Made by a program: the position numbers and the translations under genes. DNA of 37,029 nucleotides. It comes from Candidatus Sericytochromatia bacterium (GTDB lineage: Bacteria; Cyanobacteriota; Sericytochromatia; S15B-MN24; JAQBPE01). Of this stretch, positions 1-8,640 are shown piece after piece. The notes beneath the pieces were generated by a model, which ran no database searches, was not told the DNA's origin, and saw only the letters and a program-made list of their open reading frames with translations. Location: contig JAYKHR010000109.1 in the NCBI GenBank assembly GCA_035285125.1, forward strand, positions 1-37,029. The letters are read 5' to 3'. Position 1 is the first letter of the stretch. Each line of letters opens with the position of its first letter.

Positions 1-103
1 GCGACGTGGTCCCACACGTTCCCATCCCGAACACGACCGTGAAACGCGTCAGCAGCGAGAATACTGCCGGGGAGACCCGGTGGGAAGGTAGCCCGCCGCC
101 AGG
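1..103 (+). rRNA. rrf: 5S rRNA (5' end cut by window edge)
   Basis: Diagnostic CCCATCCCGAACAC (loop C) and GTGAAA; helix IV CCGGGGAGACCCGG; 3' GCCGCCAGG helix I strand; helix II GCGACGTG pairs with CGCGTC-A-GC. Confidence 0.95.
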
Positions 104-113
104 ACCTTTATGA

Positions 114-179
114 TTCCGCCGAAAGGCCGGAACCTAGCCCCTCGTTCCCCGAAAGGGTCGAACGGGGGGTTGGTCTTTT
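114..179 (+). terminator. Tandem GAAA-loop hairpins after 5S, probable rRNA operon terminator
   Basis: TTCCGCC-GAAA-GGCCGGAA (114-132), then CCCCTCGTTCCCC-GAAA-GGGTCGAACGGGGGG followed by TTGGTCTTTT. Confidence 0.6.
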
Positions 180-221
180 GGGGGGTCTTGCGCTACGAGG
201 CGGGGGCTTGCTGGCCTGTCC

Positions 222-318
222 TGCTGGCGGCCGGGTTGCCCGAATACGACGTGGCGCGTCAGCCGCGAGCACACTGCCGGGGAGACCCGGGGGGGGCGCC
301 GCCCGCCGCCAGCACCTT
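222..318 (+). pseudogene. Internally deleted, diverged 5S rRNA copy
   Basis: 247-318 aligns to 5S positions 2-9 plus 45-108, lacking the 35 nt at 10-44; TGCTGGCGGC (222-231) pairs with GCCGCCAGCA (305-314). Confidence 0.75.
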
Positions 319-1454
319 CAAGGAGACGCCGTCCCCTGCAAGGGTGGAGCGGCGTTTGGGTCGGTGGTTGCGACGGGCGCTTGCTGAGCCTGTTTGACCT
401 CGGGCAGCAGCCCCTGCCGCTTGAGCGCCTGGAACCATCGCCTGGCGACCTCCACCTGCCCGCGGCCGTTGAAGTGCACGTGATCCGCCTCGCGCCAGGG
501 TGCCCCCAGGTCGTCGAGGTCCGGGCCCGGCAGCGCCAGCCCCTCTCGCCACAGGCGCTCTTGCGCCTGGCGGTGGCCACGGTGCGGGGCGAAGCCCGTA
601 TGCCCCACGCGCGCGACGAACCAGGGGGCCTGGGGCATCCCCGCGACCCGGTGCGTGTCGGCGATGACGGCGGCGAGGGTGTCGTGATAGTCGCGGTCGT
701 CTGCCTCCGGGATGCCCGAGCGGCTCGTCTCACCTTGCTGCCACAGCACGGCGCGCACGCCGTGGGGACGGGTGGCCTCCAGGGCGCGCACCAGCCGCGT
801 GTGGAGCGGGGTGCCCACCGCCCACTCTCCGACGTGGGTGCCCCCCTGCCCGACGTTGATGAAGCCCACTGGGGTGCGGGTGTGTGCGGCGATCAGCCGG
901 CCGAGCTCGGGCCAGGGAGAGCCTCCGCCAAAGGGGCTCTGCGGGTCGTCGCCGGACCGCCAGCGTAGCGTTCCGTCCGGCTGGAGGTCACCAGCCCGCA
1001 CGTGCTCAGATGCCCTGAAAAGCTGTGCTGAGGCGCCCACGGCGTTGGACTGCCCCGCCACGAGGAAGACCTCACCCACGCCGACCTGCCAGGTTCCGGT
1101 CCAGGTGGGGTGGACGCCCTGGAAGGCGCGGGCCGCCACCAGGTTCCAGCCCGGGGCCAGGGGCAGCGCCCCCCGAAAGGTTCCCCAGCCCGCCGGCTGC
1201 AGGGGCCGCGCAGTTGCGCCCGACACCAGGCGGGAGTCCACCTCGACCTCAACACGCTCCACTCGCCACCCCGTCGTGACGGTGAGCGGGCACGGGGCAC
1301 CGCCTCGCTGGAGGATCCCGCGCTCGCGCGGCAGATCGACGTCCCGCACGCGACGACCGAGCAGGTCCCGCACGGGGGGGCCCACCAGCCATCCGTAGGT
1401 GACGAGGCCGCCGAGCAGCGCCGCCCCAACCAGCCGCAACCATTCGGCCCTCAC
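318..1454 (-). CDS. SASA/SGNH-type carbohydrate esterase (sialate O-acetylesterase-like), N-terminal membrane anchor
   Basis: Motifs VFLVAGQSNA, WQQGET and DHVH (DxxH); hydrophobic N-terminus; GTG start with GAGAGGGG upstream. Confidence 0.8.
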   Translation of the reverse strand: MRAEWLRLVGAALLGGLVTYGWLVGPPVRDLLGRRVRDVDLPRERGILQRGGAPCPLTVTTGWRVERVEVEVDSRLVSGATARPLQPAGWGTFRGALPLAPGWNLVAARAFQGVHPTWTGTWQVGVGEVFLVAGQSNAVGASAQLFRASEHVRAGDLQPDGTLRWRSGDDPQSPFGGGSPWPELGRLIAAHTRTPVGFINVGQGGTHVGEWAVGTPLHTRLVRALEATRPHGVRAVLWQQGETSRSGIPEADDRDYHDTLAAVIADTHRVAGMPQAPWFVARVGHTGFAPHRGHRQAQERLWREGLALPGPDLDDLGAPWREADHVHFNGRGQVEVARRWFQALKRQGLLPEVKQAQQAPVATTDPNAAPPLQGTASP

Positions 1455-1791
1455 GGCAGCCCCCTCTCGGGCCGCGCGCCCAGGGGGCTCGGGCGGCTCT
1501 GGGCCAGCGACGGACAGGGTGGCAGGGGCGTGAGGGGCGCGAGTGGCATGGCGGGAGGACGTCAGGCGTCAGGGGCCGCGGGGGCGGCCGCTGGCGGCGA
1601 ACCCCGCGTGGGGTGCCGACGACCTGCTCTGTGTGGCCTACCCGCCGACGCAGGGCCGCAAACAGGGCATGCTGGCGCCTGGCCGGGGCGACCTTCAGGA
1701 CAGGTTATAAGCAGCATAAGGTATTAACAAGGTCGAAAGGTGCCTGGGCCGGCGCTAGATAACCTCTCCAAGATCGCGACCCGAAGGCCCC

Positions 1792-2619
1792 ATGCCCATG
1801 CCGAACCGCCTCCCCGCCGTCCCGCAGCCTGCCACCCCCCGTCGCCCCGTGCCGGGTGGCGCCTCCCGTGAGGGGGCGACGGGGGGACCTCGGCGCCCGA
1901 CCATCGTCGCTGGAGACCGCCGGGTGCCGGCAGGCGCCCTCCAGCTCGTGCCTTCTCAGAGTGGCCTTCCCGCCTCCCCGCCCGTGCCGGTTCTGACCGA
2001 GGCCTCGGAGGCCCTCGGGCTTGCCCGGGACGGCAAGCCCGTGCGGCTGCACGTCCACGGCGAGGAGGCCATGGGCCTCGCCGTCCGCGAACTCCTGCCG
2101 CGTGACGGCCGCGTCGCCTGGGAGGTGGCCCTCGGGGGGCATCAACTCCCTGGCAACCTGCGGGGCCTGCTCAAGCAGGTCCACGTCGAGGAGGGCGCAA
2201 ACCCCACGGACGCCGAGGGGGGGCGCAAGTACGACATGCCTGCGTTCACCTCCGCGGCTTCGGGCGGCAACGGCGCCGCAACGTTCTGGCACGGCGACCG
2301 GCACGTGACGGAGGAGGTCTTCTTCCACGAGTTCGGCCAGGTGCTCGGGCAGGCGTTCTCCACCACCTCAGACTTCGTGCCGGACGGCTGGGCCGCCGCC
2401 AGGGAGGCCGACGGGGCGGGCGTCAGCACCTACGGCGATGCCTCGCTCAACGAGGACTTCGCAGAGGCCTTCGCCATTTGGATGACGGTTCGCAACGGCC
2501 AGCTGCCGCGGGTCGCCAACCCGCCGGCCTCCCTTCTCGAGTTCGGGCAGCGCTTTCCTGCCCGGGCTGCCATCCTCCAGTCGATCATGCGGGGCGAGCG
2601 CCGCCCCGTGGAGAGGTAA
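1792..2619 (+). CDS. Zincin-like (lethal-factor-type) metallopeptidase domain protein with degenerate HExxH
   Basis: FFHEFGQVLG followed by VSTYGDASLNEDFAEAF; Pro-rich N-terminus; GC3-rich frame. Confidence 0.6.
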   Translation: MPMPNRLPAVPQPATPRRPVPGGASREGATGGPRRPTIVAGDRRVPAGALQLVPSQSGLPASPPVPVLTEASEALGLARDGKPVRLHVHGEEAMGLAVRELLPRDGRVAWEVALGGHQLPGNLRGLLKQVHVEEGANPTDAEGGRKYDMPAFTSAASGGNGAATFWHGDRHVTEEVFFHEFGQVLGQAFSTTSDFVPDGWAAAREADGAGVSTYGDASLNEDFAEAFAIWMTVRNGQLPRVANPPASLLEFGQRFPARAAILQSIMRGERRPVER

Positions 2620-2622
2620 CAG

Positions 2623-3603
2623 ATGCCTGACCTCCGCGCCTTGGAACGCTCGACGCCCGGCCGCTCGGCCACCCCGTCTGCGTCACCTTCCGCTGCCCCG
2701 GCCCTTGGGATGGCTGGCCCCGGCAACAGCCTCAGGCCCGACACCCTGGCGCTGTCGCCGGAGGCGCGACAAAGGGCGGCGTCAAGCCCGCGCGCATTGG
2801 CCGAGGCATCCCCCGAGACGGAGGCTGCCGAGTCCGCCGTCCGGGCGGAGTTGGCCCCCGTCTTCGAGCGTCTGCGCGGTGGGGAGAAGGCCCCCTTCGC
2901 CGTCCAGGCGCTGCGTTACGCCGATGTGGTCGCCGGTGGCCGCGAGACGCAGCTGGTCTTCGAGCGGGATGCGGGCACCCTGATGCCCACGGTGCCCAAC
3001 TACTTCAAGCCCCAGGTGGACCCACAGACGGGCCTGACCAACCTGGCGCTTCGTGAGGCCCGCCTCCGGATGTCTGCGGGGCGTTACGACATCATCTTCA
3101 GCCTCGATGGGGAAGGGCGGCCCTCCCTCGACAAGCTGATGCTGGACGGCCGCGACATCACCCGCATCGCGGGAGACTGGGTCAAGCAGCGCATCCGCGA
3201 GAACCCCGCGGTGTGGGGCACGGCGGCTGCGGTGGCGGCGGTGGGAGCGGTGGCCGCGGCCCACGAGCACGTCGGTCGGACGGGCAAGCCCCTTGGCTTC
3301 AGCCTTGGCAACGTGAAGCTCTACGGCGGCGACCACCTCGAGGTGAAGCTCCGACCCCGGGCCGAGCTCACGGGCGACAGCCGCTTCGTGCGCGCAACCG
3401 GGGCAGAGCTCGGGGCCACATACCGGGACGGGGCCCTCACGGTCTCAGGCGGCGTGCGCTACCACGTGCCGCAGCGGGCCACGGAGGTGGTCGCCACCAT
3501 GGGCTATCAGGTCAACCCTTCCACCACCCTCAGCGCCTACGCCACCCACAACGCCCACACGCGCCAAACGGCGGCTGGCTTGCTTCTCCAAAGCACGTTC
3601 TGA
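2623..3603 (+). CDS. Hypothetical protein with C-terminal amphipathic beta-strands ending in Phe
   Basis: GGAGAGG RBS, 3 nt after the previous stop; host-like codon usage; strands such as LGATY, VSGGVRY, ATMGYQV, LSAYA and terminal LLLQSTF. Confidence 0.65.
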   Translation: MPDLRALERSTPGRSATPSASPSAAPALGMAGPGNSLRPDTLALSPEARQRAASSPRALAEASPETEAAESAVRAELAPVFERLRGGEKAPFAVQALRYADVVAGGRETQLVFERDAGTLMPTVPNYFKPQVDPQTGLTNLALREARLRMSAGRYDIIFSLDGEGRPSLDKLMLDGRDITRIAGDWVKQRIRENPAVWGTAAAVAAVGAVAAAHEHVGRTGKPLGFSLGNVKLYGGDHLEVKLRPRAELTGDSRFVRATGAELGATYRDGALTVSGGVRYHVPQRATEVVATMGYQVNPSTTLSAYATHNAHTRQTAAGLLLQSTF

Positions 3604-3819
3604 GCGCAGCCAGCCTCGCCAGCCGTCCAGCCGGCGGCCAGGCTGAGGACGTGGGCCACCAGTGGACGTCCTTGGTGCCACCAGCCTGGCCACCCGCTCA
3701 GTCTGCGGCCAAGGGGCTTCGGACGTGAGATACCAGAACACCTGCTGAGCGTCAGCGCCCAGCCGCCAGGTGGGTCACCGGCCCACTGCCGTCATCCCGG
3801 CCTGACGGTCCGGACGGCC

Positions 3820-4788
3820 TCAGGCCAGGCTTTCCGGCTCGAACCGCCACGGCGCCCGCGCCAGTCGCTCCCAGGCGAAGCCTGCAATGAGGTCGCGCGC
3901 CTCGACGGGCGCGGGCGTGCTCGCCAGGCCGAGCGAGTGCGCGAGCAAGCCCACCAGCCGCTCGGGGGGCAGCCCGCGCTCCCGCAGGGCCCGAATGGCC
4001 GTCGCGCCGTCTCGCTTGGCCAGGCGCTGCCCTGCTGCGTCGAGGACCAGCGGAACATGCGCGTAGGCCGGGGGCTCGCCCCCGAGCGCCTGGAGCAGCT
4101 GAAGCTGGCGCGGCGTCGAGTCCAGCAGGTCTGCGCCCCGCACCACCTGGGTCACGCCCATCGCAAGGTCGTCCACCACCACCGCGAGCTGGTAGGCCCA
4201 GAGGCCATCTGCCCGCCGCACGACGAAGTCGCCCACGGCAGCCGCCACGTCTTGCACGATCGCCCCTTCGACGAGATCGTCGAAGCGGACGACACCCTCC
4301 GCGACGCGAAACCGCAACGCCGGCACGCGTCCCCCCCGGGACAGGGTGGCTTGGAGGTCCCAGGGCAGGTGGCGGTTGCGGCAGCGGCCGACGTAGACCG
4401 GGCCGTCGTCCTGGGGCCCGTGGGGCGCCGACGCCAGGGCCCGCAGGTCGGCCCGCGAACAGTCACAAGCGTAGAGCCGTTCGCCCTCGGCGAGGCGCGT
4501 GAGCGCCGCCTCGTACAGCCTGTCTCGGCCGCTCTGGCGGTAGGGGGCGTGGCCCCCGCCCGCCCCGGGCCCCTCGTCCCAGTCCAGGCCCAACCAGTGC
4601 AGGTCTTCCAGGAGCCGGGCCTCTGCCCCCGGGATGATGCGGGGTGGGTCGAGGTCCTCGATGCGCATCAGGAAATCTCCCCCGGCTGCACGCGCCGCGA
4701 GCCAGGCCACGAGGGCGGTTCGGGCGTTGCCGAGGTGCAGCTCTCCCGTCGGGCTTGGGGCGTAGCGTCCCCGGACGATAGGCGCCAT
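3820..4788 (-). CDS. gluQ: tRNA glutamyl-Q(34) synthetase GluQRS
   Basis: RYAPSPTGELHLGN (HIGH-like), RIEDLDPPR, YACDCSR, AYQLAVVVDD, RGADLL, LAKR; about 320 aa with no anticodon-binding domain. Confidence 0.92.
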   Translation of the reverse strand: MAPIVRGRYAPSPTGELHLGNARTALVAWLAARAAGGDFLMRIEDLDPPRIIPGAEARLLEDLHWLGLDWDEGPGAGGGHAPYRQSGRDRLYEAALTRLAEGERLYACDCSRADLRALASAPHGPQDDGPVYVGRCRNRHLPWDLQATLSRGGRVPALRFRVAEGVVRFDDLVEGAIVQDVAAAVGDFVVRRADGLWAYQLAVVVDDLAMGVTQVVRGADLLDSTPRQLQLLQALGGEPPAYAHVPLVLDAAGQRLAKRDGATAIRALRERGLPPERLVGLLAHSLGLASTPAPVEARDLIAGFAWERLARAPWRFEPESLA

Positions 4789-4794
4789 AAGCCC

Positions 4795-4803
4795 AGCATA
4801 GCA
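4795..4803 (-). promoter_or_regulatory. Extended -10 (TGcTATGCT) 6 nt before the gluQ ATG; likely leaderless mRNA
   Basis: Minus strand reads TGC-TATGCT-GGGCTT-ATG with no SD sequence. Confidence 0.55.
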
Positions 4804-4847
4804 CGCTCCCCGGGGCCTTCAAGGCCCGGTTCCAGGCGCGGTGGACC

Positions 4848-4856
4848 TGGTATGAT
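4848..4856 (+). promoter_or_regulatory. Extended -10 (TGgTATGAT) for fliH-fliI
   Basis: TGG-TATGAT in the GC-rich divergent intergenic region, about 63 nt before the ATG. Confidence 0.5.
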
Positions 4857-4919
4857 GGGCCGCACGGGGTACAAGATCCTCGGGGTGGAGCCGCTTTCCA
4901 GCGGTGAGACGGCAGGCGC

Positions 4920-6188
4920 ATGGGGCTGATCAAGGGCAACAACTTGCGGTTCGGCACGGGCGAGGCCATCGTCGGCGCCGACGTGATCCCGCCGCCTGAT
5001 GGCGCGGAGGAACTCCGCGCCGTCGTGCCTTCCACGACGCTGGCCCTCTCCGAGGATGCGCTGGCAGAGACGCTCGGAGACGACCTCGACGACCTCTTCG
5101 AGCTGCCCGCCGAGGATGCCTCGCCAGAGGATGCGAGCTGGCAAGAGCCCCTCCAGGCCTTCGACAAGGTCCGCGAGCAGGTGCTGCATGGCGCCGAAGA
5201 AGCCTCGGATATGGAGGCCAACACGTTCGGGGAGCAGATCCAGGAGGCCGCCGCTGCCCTGATGACGGAGGCCCTCGAAGGGGGGGAGCAGGCGCTGCTG
5301 GACAGCAACCCGGAGGGGGACTTCGGGGCAGTTGCCCCCTACGTGCAGCGTCGGGTCGCGACCGACCTCGACCTCGAGCTCATCGGCACCGTCAACGAGA
5401 TCCGCTGGACCCACTTGCAGCGTGTCGAGAAGCAACTCGCCGATGGCGCGGGGGAGATCGCGGACGGGCTGCTCGCGGAACACCCTGCCGAGGCCTTCGT
5501 CGAACTCATGGCCCGTCGCGAGGCCATCTTGTCCGAGGCTCGGCTCGAGGCGGAGCGCGCAATGCTCGAGTCGATGACGCGCAGCGCCGAGACGATGGCG
5601 CAGGCGGAGCAGGCTCGCGCCGCGACCCTGATGGAGCTCGAGGGTGAAAAGGAGCGGATCCTTTCGGCTCTGCGCGAGCAGGCCTTCAACGAAGGCTACG
5701 AGGAGGGCAAGGCTGCCGGGGAGGCGATGGCGGCCCAGTACATCTCCGATGCGCTGTTGAAATTCAATGAGATGGCGATGGCCTTCCCGGCGGCCGTCAA
5801 GAAGAATGAAGCCAAGCTGGTCACGCTCGCGCTCGAGATCGCGCGCAAGGTCATCCAGGATGAGATCGAGCTACAGCCCGAGATCGTCCAACGCACCGTG
5901 GAGACGGCGCTCAAGAGGGTTTCGGACCTCGAACAGGTGGTGGTCAAGGTCAACCCGCTGGACCTCGACCTCATCTTGCCCAAGCAGGACCTCTTCAAGG
6001 CCCTGGTGCCCGACGTGCAGGCCTTCGCCATCGAGGGCAGCCACACCATCCAGCGCGGCGGCGCCATCATCGAGACGAACTCGGGCAGCATCAACGCCAC
6101 CATCCAAGCGCAGCTAAGCATCGTCGAGGAGGTCTTCAAGAAGGTGCGCGCCGATTACGAGGACGAGATGCTCGGGGAGCTGAGCTGA
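4920..6188 (+). CDS. fliH: Flagellar/T3SS export stator FliH with long acidic N-terminal extension
   Basis: AFNEGYEEGKAAG (AxxxG/GxxxG repeats), VKVNPLD, IQRGGAIIETNSGSINATIQAQL; directly upstream of fliI. Confidence 0.8.
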   Translation: MGLIKGNNLRFGTGEAIVGADVIPPPDGAEELRAVVPSTTLALSEDALAETLGDDLDDLFELPAEDASPEDASWQEPLQAFDKVREQVLHGAEEASDMEANTFGEQIQEAAAALMTEALEGGEQALLDSNPEGDFGAVAPYVQRRVATDLDLELIGTVNEIRWTHLQRVEKQLADGAGEIADGLLAEHPAEAFVELMARREAILSEARLEAERAMLESMTRSAETMAQAEQARAATLMELEGEKERILSALREQAFNEGYEEGKAAGEAMAAQYISDALLKFNEMAMAFPAAVKKNEAKLVTLALEIARKVIQDEIELQPEIVQRTVETALKRVSDLEQVVVKVNPLDLDLILPKQDLFKALVPDVQAFAIEGSHTIQRGGAIIETNSGSINATIQAQLSIVEEVFKKVRADYEDEMLGELS

Positions 6189-6189
6189 G

Positions 6190-7524
6190 ATGAGCCTCTC
6201 GGGGGACGAGGTCCGCTTCGACTACGACAACTACATGTTCGCCCTGCGCGGCACCGAGACGGTGCGCGCCAAGGGCTCTGTGGTGCAGCTGATCGGCCTC
6301 GTCATCGAGGCCCTGCTGCAGGGTGTGCGCATCGGCGAGCTGTGCCTGATTCGCTCCCAGGACAAGCTTCGCGTTTACCCGGCCGAGGTCGTCGGCTTCA
6401 AGGCGAGGCGGGTGCTGCTGATGCCCCTCGCGGACATCCAGGGCATCGGCGCCGGCTGCGAGGTCGTCGCCACCAACCGCCTCGTCTCCGTGAAGGTCGG
6501 CCCCAAGCTCCTCGGGCGCGTGGTCGACGGCATCGGGAACCCGATGGACGGCAAGGGGCCCATCATCGCCGAGGCTGAGTACCCGCTCGACAACTCTCCG
6601 CCGAACCCGATCCGGCGGGCCCGCATTACGAACCTGATGCCGGTGGGCGTGCGGGCCATCGACGCCTTCCTGACCTACGGCGAGGGCCAGCGCATCGGCC
6701 TGTTCGCGGGCTCCGGCGTCGGCAAGTCTACGCTGCTGGGCATGATCGCCCGCAACGCCAAGGCCGACGTCAACGTGCTGTGCCTGGTCGGCGAGCGCGG
6801 CCGAGAGGTCAACGAGTTCATCGAGGACTCGATGGGCGAGGCGGGCATGGCTCGCTCCGTCGTGGTCTGTGCCACCTCCGACATGTCCTCGCTGCTGCGC
6901 ATGAAGGCCCCGCAGACGGCCTCGGCGATCGCCGAGTACTTCCGCGACCAGGGCCTCAAGGTGTTCCTGATGATGGACTCTGTGACGCGCTTTGCGATGG
7001 CGCAGCGCGAGGTGGGCCTCGCCATCGGCGAGCCGCCCTCGACCAAGGGCTACACGCCCTCGGTGTTCGCGACCCTGCCCCGCTTGCTGGAGCGGGCTGG
7101 CATGTCGGACAGGGGGTCCATCACGGCCCTGTACACCGTGCTCGTGGAGGGCGGCGACATGGAGGACCCCATCGCCGACGCCGTGCGCGGCATCCTCGAC
7201 GGCCACATCATCATGGCCCGCAAGATTGCGGACCAGGGTATCTACCCGGCGATCGACGTGTTGCCGAGCGTCAGCCGCCTCATCCAGCAGTTGCAGCCCA
7301 AGCCCCAGTACAACGCGCAGCGCGATGTACGCACCATGATGGCCAACCTCCGCGAGGTGCAGGACATGCTCACCATCGGGGCCTACGTGCGGGGCTCGAA
7401 CCCCGACTATGACCGGGCCATCGCGATGAAGGACCTCATCAAGGACTTCTGCAAGCAGGGCACGGACGAGCAGAGCACCATCGAGGATGCCTGGGCCACC
7501 GTGAGGATGCTGGCAGGGGTGTAA
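6190..7524 (+). CDS. fliI: Flagellar/T3SS export ATPase FliI
   Basis: GQRIGLFAGSGVGKSTLLGMIAR (Walker A), GERGREV, MDSVTRFAMAQREVGLAIGEPP, GSITALYTVLVEGGDM. Confidence 0.93.
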   Translation: MSLSGDEVRFDYDNYMFALRGTETVRAKGSVVQLIGLVIEALLQGVRIGELCLIRSQDKLRVYPAEVVGFKARRVLLMPLADIQGIGAGCEVVATNRLVSVKVGPKLLGRVVDGIGNPMDGKGPIIAEAEYPLDNSPPNPIRRARITNLMPVGVRAIDAFLTYGEGQRIGLFAGSGVGKSTLLGMIARNAKADVNVLCLVGERGREVNEFIEDSMGEAGMARSVVVCATSDMSSLLRMKAPQTASAIAEYFRDQGLKVFLMMDSVTRFAMAQREVGLAIGEPPSTKGYTPSVFATLPRLLERAGMSDRGSITALYTVLVEGGDMEDPIADAVRGILDGHIIMARKIADQGIYPAIDVLPSVSRLIQQLQPKPQYNAQRDVRTMMANLREVQDMLTIGAYVRGSNPDYDRAIAMKDLIKDFCKQGTDEQSTIEDAWATVRMLAGV

Positions 7525-7535
7525 GGGGGGGGCCC

Positions 7536-8519
7536 TTACGATGGCACGCCCCCTGCCAGCTGGGCCCGCGCGGCATCGCAGTCGTGGCCGATCTGCGCCA
7601 CCAGCGCGTCCACGCCGGCAAAGGCCTGTTCGCCGCGCAGCCGCGAGACCAGCTCCAGCGCCAAGGTCTGGCCGTACAGGTCCTGGCCGCCCTCCAGCAG
7701 GTGGGCCTCGACCTGAAGACGCACGCCGTCGAAGGTGGGGCGCTTGCCGACGTTGAGGACCGCTGGAAACCGCTCCGAGCCCATGTGGGCCCAGCACGCG
7801 TAGACGCCGAAGGCGGGCAGCAGCTTGTCGACAGGCACGGCGACGTTGGCGGTGGGAAAGCCGATGGTGCGGCCACGCTTGTCGCCGTGGACGACCTCGC
7901 CTCGCAGCGTGTAGGCGTAGCCCAGCAGGCCGCCGGCCATCCCGACTTCGCCAACCTCCACGAGGGCCCTCAGCCGCGAGCTGCTGATCACGCCCGCGTC
8001 GTCCTCGACGGGCGGCACCACCGTCACGGGGAAGCCGTACTCGGCGCCCAGCTCCACGAGGCGCTCGGGCGTGCCGGCCTGCCGGTGCCCGAAGCGGAAG
8101 TTGAAGCCCGTCACGACGGCGGTGACGGCGAGCTGGGCCACGAGCACTTCCCGCACGAAGGCCTCGGGCGTCAGCTTGGAGAAGGCCTGCGTGAAGTGGG
8201 TGGCGAAGACCCCGGCGAGGCCATTGCCCTCGAGGCGGCACAGCTTCTCGTCCCAGGGGGTCAGCAGGCTCACGGGGCTCTCCGGCCGGAGCACGCTGCG
8301 GGGGTGCTCCACGAAGGTGAAGACGTACGCCGGCACGCCCCGGGCCTCCGCCAGCGCCACGGCCTCGGCGATGAGACGCCGGTGGCCCCGGTGCACGCCG
8401 TCAAACGTGCCGATCGCGATCACGGCCCCTCGCGGCGCGTCGGGAGGCGGGGGGCTCGGGTAGCGGAGCGCGTGGGGCTGCAAGCGGAACCTCGGGGCGG
8501 AAACGGGGCGCGGGGCCAT
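7536..8519 (-). CDS. ribF: Bifunctional riboflavin kinase/FAD synthetase (start uncertain)
   Basis: IGTFDGVHRGH, GFNFRFG, ISSSRLR, GRTIGFPTAN, GKRPTF, VEAHLL. Confidence 0.93.
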   Translation of the reverse strand: MAPRPVSAPRFRLQPHALRYPSPPPPDAPRGAVIAIGTFDGVHRGHRRLIAEAVALAEARGVPAYVFTFVEHPRSVLRPESPVSLLTPWDEKLCRLEGNGLAGVFATHFTQAFSKLTPEAFVREVLVAQLAVTAVVTGFNFRFGHRQAGTPERLVELGAEYGFPVTVVPPVEDDAGVISSSRLRALVEVGEVGMAGGLLGYAYTLRGEVVHGDKRGRTIGFPTANVAVPVDKLLPAFGVYACWAHMGSERFPAVLNVGKRPTFDGVRLQVEAHLLEGGQDLYGQTLALELVSRLRGEQAFAGVDALVAQIGHDCDAARAQLAGGVPS

Positions 8520-8620
8520 CGGGGCCTGGCCCTGCCGTGCCCTCGGCGTGCCTGTCGTGGGCGGGCCAGCGCCAGGCTGCCCTGGCGCGGCGCGGGACCA
8601 GGCGCCGCGCCGACCCCTCC

Positions 8621-8629
8621 ATTTTACCA
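8621..8629 (-). promoter_or_regulatory. Extended -10 (TGgTAAAAT) upstream of ribF
   Basis: Minus strand TGG-TAAAAT between the TrmH-family gene stop and ribF. Confidence 0.5.
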
Positions 8630-8640
8630 GAGCGTGGCGC

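Noticed and set aside
104..320. 5S duplication as the att site of an integrated element
   Set aside because: No integrase or cargo between the copies, only about 120 nt with terminator hairpins.
6136..8241. Long antisense or alternative-frame ORFs (this 701-aa ORF, 24471..26045, 22691..24430, 34571..36109 and others)
   Set aside because: Shadow ORFs expected at this GC content; they overlap well-supported genes and have no motifs.
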